A stretch of 64,000 bases of DNA from contig NC_047033.1 of the NCBI RefSeq assembly GCF_902652985.1, positions 26,102,001 through 26,166,000 on the forward strand. Reading direction: 5' to 3'. The notes under the pieces were generated by a model. The model saw only the letters and a program-made list of their open reading frames with translations, was not told the origin of the DNA and searched no databases. Shown piece by piece: positions 50,180 to 64,000 of this stretch; within the stretch, counting starts at the first letter, position 1; every line of letters begins with the position of its first letter. The translations under genes were made by a program, and so were the position numbers. Origin of the DNA: Pecten maximus (lineage: Eukaryota).

Positions 50180-51990
50180 GTTGTGTGGCTCTCAGATTGA
50201 TTTGTAATAGTCTGGACCAGTGAGTGTTGTATGGCTGTGAGCCTGTGTAATAGTCTGGACCAGTGAGTGTTGTGTGACTGTGAGCCTGATTTGTAATAGC
50301 CTGGATCAGTAAGTGTTGTGTGGCTGTGAGCCTGTGTAATAGTCTGGATCAGTCAATGTTGTGTGGCTGTGAGCCTGTGTAATAGTCTGGATCAGTGAGT
50401 GTTGTGTGACTGTGAGCCTGATAGTCTGGATCAGTGAGTGTTGTGTGGCTGTGAGCCTGTGTAATAGTCTGGATCAGTGAGTGTTGTGTGGCTGTGAGCC
50501 TGTGTAATAGTCTGGATCAGTGAGTGTTGTGTGACTGTGAGCCTGATAGTCTGGATCAGTGAGTGTTGTGTGGCTGTGAGCCTGTGTAATAGTCTGGACC
50601 AGTGAGTGTTGTGTGGCTGTGAGCCTGTGTAATAGTCTGGATCAGTGAGTGTTGTGTGGCTGTGAGCCTGTGTAATAATCTGGATCAGTGAGTGTTGTGT
50701 GGCTGTGAGCCTGTGTAATAGTCTGGATCAGTGAGTCTGGATCAGTGAGTGTTGTGTGACTGTGAGCCTGTGTAATAGTCTGGATCAGTGAGTGTTGTAT
50801 GGCTGTGAGCCTGTGTAAGTCTGGATCAGTGAGTGTTGTGTGGCTGTGAGCCTGTGTAATAGCCTGGATCAGTAAGTGTTGTGTGGTTGTGAGCCTGTGT
50901 AATAGTCTGGACCAGTGAGTGTTGTGTGGCTGTGAGCCTGTGTAATAGTCTGGACCAGTGAGTGTTGTGTGGCTGTGAGCCTGTGTAATAGCCTGGATCA
51001 GTAAGTGTTGTGTGGTTGTGAGCCTGTGTAATAGTCTGGACCAGTGAGTGTTGTGTGGCTGTGAGCCTGTGTAATAGTCTGGACCAGTGAGTGTTGTGTG
51101 GCTGTGAGCCTGTGTAATAGTCTGGATCAGTGAGTGTTGTGTGGCTGTGAGCCTGTGTAATAGTCTGGATCAGTGAGTGTTGTATGGCTGTGAGCCTGTG
51201 TAATAGTCTGGATCAGTGAGTGTTGTGTGGCTGTGAGCCTGTGTAATAGTCTGGATCAGTGAGTGTTGTATGGCTGTGAGCCTGTGTAATAGTCTGGATC
51301 AGTAAGTGTTGTATGGCTGTGAGCCTGTGTAATAGTCTGGACCAGTGAGTGTTGTGTGGCTGTGAGCCTGTGTAATAGTCTGGATCAGTGCGTGTTGTGT
51401 GGCTGTGAGCCTGTGTAATAGTCTGGATCAGTGAGTCTGGATCAGTGAGTGTTGTATGGCTGTAAGCCTGTGTAATAGTCTGGATCAGTGAGTGTTGTGT
51501 GGCTGTGAGCCTGTGTAATAGTCTGGATCAGTGAGTGTTGTGTGGCTGTGAGCCTGTGTAATAGTCTGGATCAGTGAGTGTTGCATGGCTGTGAGCCTGT
51601 GTAATAGTCTGGATCAGTGAGTGTTGTGTGGCTGTGAGCCTGTGTAATAGTCTGGATCAGTGAGTGTTGTGTGGCTGTGAGCCTGTGTAATAGTCTGGAT
51701 CAGTGAGTGTTGTGTGGCTGTGAGCCTGTGTAATAGTCTGGATCAGTGAGTGTTGTGTGGCTGTGAGCCTGTGTAATAGTCTGGATCAGTGAGTGTTGTG
51801 TGGCTGTGAGCCTGTGTAATAGTCTGGATCAGTGAGTGTTGTGTGACTGTGAGCCTGTGTAATAGTCTGGACCAGTGAGTGTTGTGTGACTGTGAGCCTG
51901 TGTAATAGTCTGGATCAGTGAGTGTTGTGTGGCTGTGAGCCTGTGTAATAGTCTGGATCAGTGATTGTTGTGTGGCTGTGAGCCTGATTT
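50180..51990. repeat. 43-bp minisatellite
   Basis: gtaatagtctggatcagtgagtgttgtgtggctgtgagcctgt. Confidence 0.97.
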
Positions 51991-53034
51991 GTGAGGTTAG
52001 CTACATTCTGTCCTGCAGCATGGTTTGATAAAAGTTAGTGAAGCTTAGCAAAAAGTTAAAATTATTGCCAAAAAAGTATACTTTTGAAAAATGTGACCTT
52101 TCATTTCTTATATAATACTGTTTTACAGCTTTTGGAATGAGGTACAATTAAATGAAAACAAATACTTGATAAGATAACAAAACAAAAAATACAGGCCCAA
52201 ATGTCCTCTTGTTTGAAATATTACAATAAAAGATTATGTTGGGATGGAAACTTCTGATGAGCTAAGGATATTTATTCAGTTCCAATGCTGTAGTGTTACA
52301 CAGTGTAACCTGGTTTAAAATGTTTTACACTTCATCTTTCTAGGGAGAGCTCCAATACAAATAGAATTTTGAGCATGAAACCTGATGATGAACAATCGAT
52401 TTATCTGTGAAACTGTCTAATTGTTGTCAGACAGGGCTATGGCTGTGTTTCTCCAATTACACCATTGAAGAGGAAGCCTCATGGCTGCCTTGTGATTTCC
52501 ATGCTCGCGTGCAGCCACGTAATTTGCATATGAACAAATAATTTGCATCCCCGGATATTTAAGATATAGCCACCTGCAAACACTTATGGACAAGTTGTTA
52601 TTACAATCACACAATGCTATTACTAACTGTTCCCAATGGTAGATACACTGCAGGCACAATCGCATGTTACACTTGCAGTTAATCAAGCAGGCCAAACATA
52701 TAATACACATTGACCTTTTTAAAGATAAAAACACTCCTTACTTTTTAAATATCCTAATCAGAAGGTCTCCTGGGGATTTGAATTGTTTAAGAATACCAAC
52801 TACACTGGCTGATTGATATTTTTTTGACATGCGCTTTCATCTTGAAACTTGTTCTAAAGTCCAATAACTCCAAACCAATTTGTCTTGCACAGTTATATAG
52901 TCAAGACTTTATGGCCTAGTTCGTTCTGTTCCATTAATGTTGGTAGTTTATTGGTTATTTTGTCCTGATCTTATCTTAATTTGTATGTCTGTGATTTTAT
53001 TGGAAGTGAAGGAAATACAGCAAGTACAGAAAAG

Positions 53035-55358
53035 ATATAACACCTACAGGTTAATTGCCTGTATACAAGTACCCATGTACAGTCTGTATATAACACCTAC
53101 AGATTTACAGCCTGTATATAACACCTACAGGTTTACAGTCTGTATATAACACCTACAGGTTTACAGTCTGTATATAACACCTACAGGTTTACAGTCTGTA
53201 TATAACACCTACATGTAGGTTTGCAGCCTGTATATAACACCTACAGGTTTACAGCCTGTATATAACACATACAGGTTTACAGTCTGTATATAACACCTAC
53301 AGGTTTACAGTCTGTATATAACACCTACAGGTTTACAGTCTGTATATAACACCTACAGGTTTACAGTCTGTATATAACACCTACAGGTTTACAGTCTGTA
53401 TATAACACCTACAGGTTTATAGCCTGTATATAACACCTACAGGTTTATAGCCTGTATATAACACCTACAGGTTTACAGTCTGTATATAACACCTACAGGT
53501 TTACAGTCTGTATATAACACCTACAGGTTTACAGTCTGTATATAACACCTACATGTAGGTTTGCAGCCTGTATATAACACCTACAGGTTTACAGTCTGTA
53601 TATAACACCTACAGGTTTACAGTCTGTATATAACACCTACAGGTTTACAGTCTGTATATAACACCTACAGGTTTACAGTCTGTATATAACACCTACAGGT
53701 TTACAGCCTGTATATAACACCTACATGTAGGTTTGCAGCCTGTATATAACACCTACAGGTTTACAGTCTGTATATAACACCTACAGGTTTACAGTCTTTA
53801 TATAACACCTACAGGTTTACAGTCTGTATATAACACCTACAGGTTTACAGTCTGTATATAACACCTACAGGTTTACAGTCTGTATATAACACCTACAGGT
53901 TTATAGCCTGTATATAACACCTACAGGTTTATAGCCTGTATATAACACCTACAGGTTTACAGTCTGTATATAACACCTACAGGTTTACAGTCTGTATATA
54001 ACACCTACAGGTTTACAGTCTGTATATAACACCTACAGGTTTATAGCCTGTATATAACACCTACAGGTTTACAGCCTGTATATAACACCTACAGGTTTAC
54101 AGTCTGTATATAACACCTACAGGTTTACAGTCTGTATATAACAGGTATAGGTTTACAGCCTGTTTATAACACCTACAGGTTTATAGTCTGTATATAACAC
54201 CTACAGGTTTATAGTCTGTATATCACACCTACAGGTTTACAGTCTGTATATAACACCTATAGGTTTACAGCCTGTATATAACACATACAGGTTTATAGTC
54301 TGTATATAACACCTACAGGTTTACAGTCTGTATATAACACCTACAGGTTTACAGTCTGTATATAACACCTAGAGGTTTACAGTCTGTATATAACACCTAC
54401 AGGTTTATAGTCTATATATAACACCTACAGGTTTACAGTCTATATATAACACCTACAGGTTTACAGTCTGTATATAACACCTAGAAGTTTACAGCCTGTA
54501 TATAACACCTACAGGTTTATAGTCTGTATATAACACCTACAGGTTTATAGTCTGTATATAACACCTACAGGTTTACAGTCTGTATATAACACCTACAGAT
54601 TTACAGTCTGTATATAACACCTACAGGTTTACAGTCTGTATATAACACCTACATATTTACAGTCTGTATATAACACCTACAGGTTTACAGTCTGTATATA
54701 ACAGGTATAGGTTTACAGTCTGTATATAACACCTACAGATTTACAGTCTGTATATAACAGGTATAGGTTTACAGTCTGTATATAACACCTACAGATTTAT
54801 AGTCTGTATATAACACCTACAGGTTTACAGTCTGTATATAACACCTACAGATTTATAGTCTGTATATAACACCTACAGGTTTACAGTCTGTATATAACAC
54901 CTACAGGTTTATAGTCTGTATATAACACCTACAGGTTTACAGTCTGTATATAACACCTACAGGTTTATAGTCTGTATATAACACCTACAGGTTTACAGTC
55001 TGTATATAACACCTACAGGTTTATAGTCTGTATATAACACCTACAGATTTATAGTCTGTATATAACACCTACAGATTTATAGTCTGTATATAACACCTAC
55101 AGGTTTACAGTCTGTATATAACACCTAGAGGTTTACAGCCTGTATATAACACATACAGGTTTACAGTCTGTATATAACACCTACAGGTTTACAGTCTGTA
55201 TATAACACCTACAGGTTTATAGTCTGTATATAACATCTACAGGTTTACAGTCTGTATATAACACATACAGGTTTATAGTCTGTATATAACACCTACAGGT
55301 TTACAGTCTGTATATAACACCTACAGATTTACAGTCTGTATATTACATCTACAGGTTA
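53035..55358. repeat. 28-bp minisatellite
   Basis: tataacacctacaggtttacagtctgta. Confidence 0.97.
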
Positions 55359-56669
55359 AGATATTGGCTTTGCTGTGTTCTTGTTACTATAAATAGACAG
55401 ACTTTTTAAGGTATTGACAACATGATGTTCTCGTTACTATATATAGGCAGACACGTTTAAGTATTGATGTTTCTGTAATACTGATGATTTTTATATAATA
55501 TCTTTATGTGTCTCACACACCCTGAGCAAACATTTCTCTAACACAGATGAGATGAAACAACACAGAAATGTTTACTTTTGCCATGTTTACATTGATGTGC
55601 AATCAAACACTGCCATGACTCGGATGCTCTAGCAACCAATTGCCATCCTATACACACAAAGCGTGATCAAACATCTGAATGAATCAGTTTCTCTTGACAA
55701 TGGATAGTTTTCTTTGACTGTTGCTGATAGTGTTGTTACAGCTTCAGCTTGACACAGATTAAATACAGAATAACTTCAAGAAAACAAGAGATCTCCTGAA
55801 GCGTCAAGGGATTCCAAGTGGTGACATATTGCCTGCAACCCATATATGTTAGTAGAACATAATTCTTCTTGGAAAACCGGTTTTCAGGGGATGCTTTTCA
55901 ATGTATTATTTGATTTTATTTCTAAATTCTACTAAGATGATTTTGTGTACCAATCTACAGATATCCTGAACCCCAAGATACACATATCATACATGAATGT
56001 GACTTATTAGGTTTTGGTTCTTGATGGTTGTTCATATCTGAATAAAGCACACATAAGGAAAACACAAAATGTCCTCACACATGTACAGTGTATGCCATGC
56101 AATTGTTGATCTGAATTTCCCTAGATTGTTTCTATAGCTACTGAACCAGGACTGTTTGATTGGTTCAAACTACTTTGCCATAAAATCTAATATTAAAAAA
56201 AAAGTTTTTAAGAAAAATTTCAATCCACCTATACTTTGTCCGTAAGATCAAATATTCAAGAAAAGTTTTTAAGAAAAAATTCAAACTACTTTGCCCATAA
56301 AATCTAATATTCAAGAAAATATTTTGAGAAAAATTTCAAACATAGTATATTCATTATAAATGAAGGCATTACTGTACCTATATTATATACTTAATGATCA
56401 TAAAAGGATTGGAATTATCATGATTATTGAGGTAGCCCGTTTAATCTGCCGTTCTGTGGACAGACGGATCATTACGATGAGTGTCCTCGTGTCAGCTGTG
56501 GGAAGGGACATGAGGGGTTGGTGATGAATTGACTGGGAAGTGTAGTGATGTGAGGTATGATTAAATTGATGTCAATGACAGTAATACATTGATTGTGTAA
56601 ATGAGGAAAATCTGTCACTAATACTGTGTAAGAATGAACAAATATGGCCTTAGATGTCGGAGAGTTATG

Positions 56670-58435
56670 TGAATGTCACAGTGAACAAACATGGTGTTGG
56701 ATATTGGAGAATCATACTGTCACAGTCAACAAACATGACGTCAGATATTGGAGAGTCATACTGTCACAGTAAAAGAACATGACGTCAGACATTGGAGAGT
56801 TATACTGTCATAGTGAACAAACATGACGTCAGATATTGGAGAGTTAAACTGTCACAGTCAACAAACATGATGTCATTTATTGGAGAGTCATACTATCACA
56901 GTAAAATAACATGACGTCAGACATTGGAGAGTTATACTGTCACAGTCATCAAACATGACGTTAGATATTGGAGAGTTATACTGTCACAGTCAACAAACAT
57001 GACATCAGATATTGGAGAGACATACTGTCACAGTCATCAAACATGACGTTAGATATTGGAGAGTTCTACTGTCACAGTCAACAAACATGACGTCAGATAT
57101 TGGAGAGTTATACTGTCACAGTCAACAAACATGACGTTAGATATTGGAGGGTCATGTGACTGTCACAGTCAACAAACATGACATCAGATATTGGAAATTT
57201 ATACTGTCACAGTCAACAAACATGACATCAGATATTGGAGGGTCATGTGACTGTCACAGTCAACAAACATGACTTCAGATATTGGAAATTTATACTGTCA
57301 CAGTCAACAAACATGACGTAAGATATTGGAGAGACATACTGTCACAGTCAACAAACATGACGTTAGATATTGGAGAGACATACTGTCACAGTCAACAAAC
57401 ATGACATTAGATATTGGAGAGTCATGTGACTGTCACAGTCAACAAACATGACGTCAGATATTGGAAATTTATACTGTCACAGTCAACAAACATGACATCA
57501 GATATTGGAGGGTCATGTGACTGTCACAGTCAACAAACATGACGTCAGATATTGGAAATTTATACTGTCACAGTCAACAAACATGACATTAGATATTGGA
57601 GGGTCATGTGACTGTCACAGTCAACAAACATGACGTCAGATATTGGAAATTTATACTGTCACAGTCAACAAACATGTTGTTAGATATTGGAGGGTCATGT
57701 GACTGTCACAGTCAACAAACATGACGTCAGATATTGGAAATTTATACTGTCACAGTCAACAAACATGACATCAGATATTGGAGGGTCATGTGACTGTCAC
57801 AGTCAACAAACATGACGTCAGATATTGGAAATTTATACTGTCACAGTCAACAAACATGACGTAAGATATTGGAGAGACATACTGTCACAGTCAACAAACA
57901 TGACGTCAGATATTGGAGAGTTATACTGTCACAGTCAACAAACATGGCGTTAGAAATTGGAGAGTCATGTGACTGAACAAACATGACGTCAGGTATTGGG
58001 GACTCATACTGTCACAGTCAACAAACATGACGTTAGATATTTGAGAGTCATGTCACAGTCAACAAACATGATGTGAGATATTGGAAAGTCATGTGACTGT
58101 GAACAAACATGACGTTCAGATATTGAAGAGTCATGTGACTGTCACAGTGAACAAACATGATGTCAGATATTGGATAGACATACTGTCACAGTCAACAAAC
58201 ATGACATCAGATATTGGAGAGACATACTGTCACAGTCAACAAACAAGACGTCCAATTTTGGAGAGTCATGTGATTGTGAACAAACATGACGTCATATACT
58301 GGAGGGTCATGTGACTGTCACAGTCAACAAACATGACGTCAGATATTGGAGAGTCATGTGACTGTCACAGTCAACAAACATGACGTCAGATATTGGAGGG
58401 TCAAGTGACTGTCACAGTGAAAGAACATGACATTT
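56670..58435. repeat. 44/47-bp minisatellite
   Basis: actgtcacagtcaacaaacatgacgtcagatattggagagtcat. Confidence 0.96.
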
Positions 58436-58999
58436 ACAGAGTGAAGTGAATTCTCCAGGGACACTTTGGGTTAAAGGACACATTCATGCTTCATGATGAA
58501 GGGAGTCTGGAGGTATAGACATGATGATATTTTAATCCATGTTCTACTCTGAGTCAGTTTCCCAGCGGTGGATCTCAGAGCTTCAGTTGCCCTACACAAC
58601 AAGATAACCACAGCTCATACATTGTTCTGTGCCTTTCATCAGTTCTGTAGCCCTGTGATACAGTTTGAAGGCAGTTCAGGTCCTTGATAAACTAAAAATC
58701 AATTAACTTCAAACAGTAATGCTGACATGGTCCTGTCAAAGCATTGTTAAATGTTTAATGTGAATATTCATTTGAGGGATTTTATTTCCTGATGAAGAAA
58801 TAGAATTATTGGAATCTGCTCTCAAATTGTCAGAAATAATTGAAGAGATAAATATAGATTCCAAGATATCTTTATATCAAAGGGAATCATGTTTTCTTTA
58901 GGATATTTTTAAACCTTCATTAATAGACAACTAAATATAGAAATACATGTACAAACAGCTGTTTTAATAGCTTTCTTTCATTTGTACCTGTCATCAATG

Positions 59000-59570
59000 G
59001 CCTGTCTGTCCAACTTCCCGTCCATTCATCTGTCTGTCCATATGCTGTCCATCTGACTGACTGTTTTTCCATCTGTCCATCCATCCATCCATCTGTCCAT
59101 CCATCTGTCTGTCCATCCCTCCGTCCGTCCGTCAACAATTTTTTTTTCATATCCGCTGATCGAAATTGAAAAAAAATTGACTGGTAGCACCATTATGAGA
59201 GGGGATTAAAAATTGTACAAATGACCCCCCTGGGGGCTGAGGGGCAGGGTCGAAAAGGGTAAATTTGGCTTCAGTAATATAAACGACTTTATCTCTGGAA
59301 CTAAGCAATGGATATAGCGATCATATTTGTCTGATAGCTTTATTATGGGGTAGGAATTCAAAATTGTACAAATGATGGGGCTGACCAGGGGCCTAAGGGG
59401 TGGGGCCAAAATATTAATGACTTCTTCTATGAAACTAAGCAATGTGTATGACATTGATATTTCAGTGGTAGCATTCCTTGGATTCAAATTTATGCAAATA
59501 ATGGGGCTGACAACACCCCCCCCTCCATCCATCTGTCTGTCCATCCCTCCGTCCGTCCGTCCAACTAATT
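59000..59570 (+). mobile_element. HINE-like fragment with (GTCC/ATCC)n microsatellite
   Basis: TCCG/TCCA/TCTG tetranucleotide tracts at both ends and repeated aaattgtacaaatga...gggg units. Confidence 0.5.
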
Positions 59571-60344
59571 TCTAATACTAGATTATCTCCCCCTAGTTAG
59601 AAACTAAGAATCAGACAAGTCCTTGAGAACAAAATCATGAAGCTCAATTTTATTTATAATTTTAATATTCTAGAGACAGGAAGTACAGTACAGTGATGTT
59701 GTCTGTGGCATGGCACTAATTGGTACCCAATCCGCAACATTGCATGGAGGCTGCATCAATTGGTTGTACGCTGAAAGATTTGACTTTCTCTAAAATGGTT
59801 GAATATATTCTAAAGTTTCCATGGATTGAGTAATCAATCACCTGCCTTATCAATGTAGTACCTTCCAAAAATGTCTTGTTAAAAAAAGTGAGAAAAAACT
59901 CCCCAGAAGCTTGAGAGCATCAAGGACGTCCTGTTAAATGTGAAGATATGTCGAAGATTACAATGAAAAATTTTACTATTTTCTGCTGAAAGACTCTTTA
60001 TGAATATTTAATACTGATTGTGGGAAAGAAGATGGCTGCATTTTAAAACACACAATCAAGTTGGTGATAAAATCATGTATTTCTGAAAAATGTAGACGAT
60101 CGTTATCCTGTATAGAGATTATACATACATATACAGTGTCTACATAATGTGTCTAAGATTGGAGATAAAATGAAAATATGGAGTCCAAAGAGTTCGACAG
60201 GGAAGGCACTAGCTGACCCTAAGGTGTTGGAGACAGAGTTAATATGTATACTGGTTTATTAGAGAGTATAAAGGTCACTTGAATAGTTCAGACTAGCTGC
60301 GATTTCCCTTTAGCCTGGTTGTAAGATGTCCGATCAAGAGGAGA

Positions 60345-60995
60345 GTTCGCTTGTTTGAGGCCCAGGAGAAGCCGCTACTTGGAGGCCAATGGAGGTCGAG
60401 GCCCCGGAGAGGCCACCAGAAGTCTAGGCCCAGGAGAGATCGTTAGTTTGAGGCCCAGGAGAGGTTGTTACGAGCCCAGGAGAGGACGGGCCCAGGAGAG
60501 GTCGGGCCCAGGAGAGGATGGGCCCAGGAGAGGACAGGCCCAGGAGAGGATGGGCCCAGGAGAGGACAGGCCCAGGAGAGGATGGGCCCAGGAGAGGACG
60601 GGCCCAGGAGAGGCCACCAGGAGAAGTTTAGGCCCCGGAGAGATCGTTAGTTTGAGGCCAAGGGGAGGTTGTTACGAGCCCAGGAGAGGTCGGGCCCAGG
60701 TGAGGTCACTAGTTTGAGGCCCAGGAGAGGCCGTGCCCAGGTGAGGTCACTAGTTTGGGCCCAGGAGAGGCCGTGCCTAGGTGAGGTCACTAGTTTGGGG
60801 CCCAGGAGAGGCCGGGCCCAGGTGAGGTCACTAGTTCGAAGCCCAGGAGAGGTTTGGCCCAGGAGAGTACGCTAGTTTGAGGCCCAGGAGAGGTTTGGCC
60901 CAGGAGAGTACGCTAGTTTGAGGCCCAGGAGAGGACGCTAGTTTGAGGCCCGTGATGTCAAGGCCCAGGAGAGGTCACTTGTTCGAGACCCAGGA
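60345..60995. repeat. GC-rich compound minisatellite (~20-bp core)
   Basis: ggcccaggagagg core with variable spacers. Confidence 0.9.
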
Positions 60996-61129
60996 CAAAT
61001 GGGGCATTTTCATTACTTCATAAACTGTTACAATTACATGTATGTTGTGAATATTGTGAATCATAAACATATTTACTCTGCACTTGTAGAAGTTGATCCT
61101 GCCCTAAAAGTCCTACTATGAACTATGTA

Positions 61130-61530
61130 TATTAAACCTTTAAGGTCACCTGTATATAACAAACACCGTATATAACAAGGTCATCTGTACATGTGTATAT
61201 AATAAGAACCTTTCTATCAAGGCCACTACCTTGTATACAACAAAAAATATTTTCTATAAAGGTTACCTGTATATATGTATATAACAAAAAACCTTTCTAT
61301 CAAGGTCAACTGTATAACAAAAAACCTTGCTATCAAGGTCACCTGTACATGTCTATATAATAAAAGCCTTTCTATAAAGGTCACCTGTACATGTGTATAT
61401 AATAAAAAACCTTTCTATAAAGGTCACCTGTACATGTCTATATAATAAAAGCCTTTCTATAAAGGTCACCTGTACATGTGTATGTAGCAAAAACCTTTCT
61501 GTAAAGGTCACCTGTACATATGTACCTCTT
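61130..61530. repeat. ~40-bp degenerate tandem repeat related to the 43.2-46.0 kb family
   Basis: cctttctataaaggtcacctgtacatgt. Confidence 0.8.
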
Positions 61531-61799
61531 TATCATGGCCATGCACCTCTATATTGTTTCATCATTTTTCTCATGTGTACTTAGTTATACTGTACTGATG
61601 TTTGAGTAATTACTATTTTTCAATGAGAGACATTTTGTCGATATGATGCTGTTATTCTGGTCGACTGAGTTGGTGCAGTGGACTGACACCTTAAGTAATT
61701 GAAGTCTTGAATGGTCAGTCACTGGTGTCCAAACTGGTCAGTTGCTTGATCAACAAGTACGGGGGTCACTACAGACTCACTTCTGTACAGTAAAGATAG

Positions 61800-62285
61800 G
61801 GAAGTGGTCAGTTATTGATGTCCGGAGAGTGTGGTCAGCTATTGATGTCCAGAGGTATGGTCAGTTATTGATGTCAAGAGAGGAGCTGGTCAGTTATTGA
61901 TGTCCATGGGGAAGTGGTCAGTTATTGATGTCCAGAGATGATTGGTCAGTTATTGATGTCCAGAGGAAAGTGGTCAGTCATTGATGTCCAGAGGGAAACA
62001 TGATGTCCAGAGGGGAGTGGTCAGTAACTGATATGGGGAGTGTTCATTATATGATATCCAGAAGGGAGTGGTCAGTATTTGATGTCCAGAGGGCAGTGGC
62101 CTGTATTTGATGTCCAGATAGGAACATCAGTTATTGATGTCCTGATTGGAATGGTCACTTATTGATGAGGTATGGATGTCCTGATTGGAATGGTCACTTA
62201 TTGATGAGGTATGGATGTCCTGATTGGAATGGTCACTTATTGATGAGGTCTGGAGTAAAATGGTCAGTTAATAATGTCCAGATTG
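61800..62285. repeat. ~30-bp degenerate repeat plus a short ~42-bp repeat
   Basis: tggtcagttattgatgtccagag; gatgtcctgattggaatggtcacttattgatgagg x3. Confidence 0.8.
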
Positions 62286-62436
62286 TGATTATTTTAACTT
62301 CTAGATATAGATACATAAAGGATTCAAATCTCATCACAAATGACCAGGTTATAGAGACTTCTTCAATACTGACAAGGTAAAGAGGCAGAAATCTTCAGTT
62401 AAAACAAAGTACTGGGTTATATTTCGTCAGTTCTTT

Positions 62437-62640
62437 ACCAGGTTAGCAGTTAAATCTCTTCAGTAATAACCAGGTTATGAGGCAGAACCAGGTTAGCAGT
62501 TAAATCTCTTCAGTAATAACCAGGTTATGAGGCAGAACCAGGTTAGCAGTTAAATCTCTTCAGCAATAACTAGGTTATGAGGCAGAACCAGGTTAGCAGT
62601 TAAATCTCTTCAGTAATAACTAGGTTATGAGGCAGATCTC
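62437..62640. repeat. 50-bp tandem repeat (x4)
   Basis: accaggttagcagttaaatctcttcagtaataaccaggttatgaggcaga. Confidence 0.9.
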
Positions 62641-62689
62641 TTCACTACTGACTAGGCAAAGGGGCAGATCTGCATGCTTTTAGCAGTGA

Positions 62690-62960
62690 CTGGGCTAGGG
62701 GGCAGATATCTTAGTACTGACCAGGCTAGGGGGCAGATATCTTAGTACTGACCAGGCTAGGGGGCAGATATCTTAGTACTGACCAGGCTAGGGGGCAGAT
62801 ATCTTAGTACTGACCAGGCTAGGGGGCAGATATCTTAGTACTGACCAGGCTAGGGGGCAGATATCTTAATACTGACCAGGCAAGGGGGCAGATATCTTAG
62901 TATTGACCAGATAAGGGGGCATATATCTTAGTACTGACCAGGCAAGGGGGCATATATCTT
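62690..62960. repeat. 31-bp tandem repeat
   Basis: gggggcagatatcttagtactgaccaggcta. Confidence 0.92.
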
Positions 62961-62984
62961 CAGTTCAGGCTGAGTTAGGGGAAG

Positions 62985-64000
62985 ATATTGAGTTAGGGGG
63001 CAGACCTCCTCAGTACTGATTGAGTTAGGGGGCAGACCTCCTCAGTACTGATTGAGTTAGGGGGCAGACCTCCTCAGTACTGATTGAGTTAGGGGGCAGA
63101 CCTCCTCAGTACTGATTGGGTTAGGGGGCAGACCTCCTCAGTACTGATTAGGTTAGGGGGCAGACCTCCTCAGTACTGATTGAGTTAGGGGGCAGACCTC
63201 CTCAGTACTGATTGAGTTAGGGGGCAGACCTCCTCAGTACTGATTGGGTTAGGGGGCAGACCTCCTCAGTACTGATTGAGTTAGGGGGCAGACCTCCTCA
63301 GTACTGATTGGGTTAGGGGGCAGACCTCCTCAGTACTGATTGGGTTAGGGGGCAGACCTCCTCAGTACTGATTGGGTTAGGGGGTAGACCTCCTCAGTAC
63401 TGATTGGGTTAGGGGACAGACCTCCTCAGTACTGATTGAGTTAGGGGGCAGACCTCCTCAGTACTGATTGGGTTAGGGGGCAGACCTCCTCAGTACTGAT
63501 TGAGTTAGGGGGCAGACCTCCTCAGTACTGATTGGGTTAGGGGGCAGACCTCCTCAGTACTGATTGAGTTAGGGGGCAGACCTCCTCAGTACTGATTGGG
63601 TTAGGGGGCAGACCTCCTCAGTACTGATTGAGTTAGGGGGCAGACCTCCTCAGTACTGATTGGGTTAGGGGGCAGACCTCCTCAGTACTGATTGGGTTTG
63701 GGGGCAGACCTCCTCAGTATTAACTAGGTTGTGGGGAAGACCTCTTTAGTATTAACCAGGTTAGGGGGCAGACCTCCTCAGTACTGATTGAGTTAGGGGG
63801 AAGACCTCCTCAGTACTGATTGAGTTAGGGGGCAGACCTCCTCAGTACTGATTGAGTTAGGGGGCAGACCTCCTCAGTACTGATTGAGTTAGGGGGCAGA
63901 CCTCCTCAGTACTGATTGAGTTAGGGGGCAGACCTCCTCAGTACTGATTGGGTTAGGGGGAAGACCTCCTCAGTACTGATTGAGTTAGGGGGCAGACCTC
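62985..64000. repeat. 32-bp minisatellite (runs off the window end)
   Basis: gggggcagacctcctcagtactgattg(a/g)gtta. Confidence 0.96.

Noticed and set aside
1900-64000. CRISPR-like appearance of the regular arrays
   Set aside because: Units are head-to-tail without unique spacers, there are no cas genes, and the context is eukaryotic.
62437-64000. Minus-strand CUGAAGA/CUGAGGA as hammerheads; TTAGGG as telomere; CTCF-like AGGGGGCAG
   Set aside because: There is no stem II plus GAAA partner, TTAGGG is not tandem, and the CTCF match covers only half the motif.

Overview
AT-rich eukaryotic non-coding DNA. The repeat types (HINE-like elements, V-type SINE, TACATGTA excess) suggest a bivalve-like mollusc, which is an inference. 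No host exon could be supported. About half the window is made of ~25 unrelated minisatellite arrays (17-74 bp units), which explain almost all short ORFs in the track. The only real coding unit is a full-length, young DIRS1-like tyrosine-recombinase retrotransposon (32575-39339; gag, RT/RNaseH/methyltransferase, YR; 140-bp ITRs plus ICR) inserted precisely into a 21-bp satellite. The most striking non-coding feature is a 12 x 49-bp tandem array (41023-41599) in which the entire repeat unit is a hammerhead ribozyme, and adjacent units complete each other's fold. Other notable items: a 1.75-mer, TSD-flanked 368-bp element with an internal tRNA-like Pol III promoter; a candidate recursive splice site (ttttcag|GTAAGT) next to an array of palindromic U1/5'-splice-site repeats; TA->TACATGTA footprint-like insertions visible inside satellites; and satellites that appear to have grown from transposon termini. 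All calls were made by eye, without database searches or folding software.
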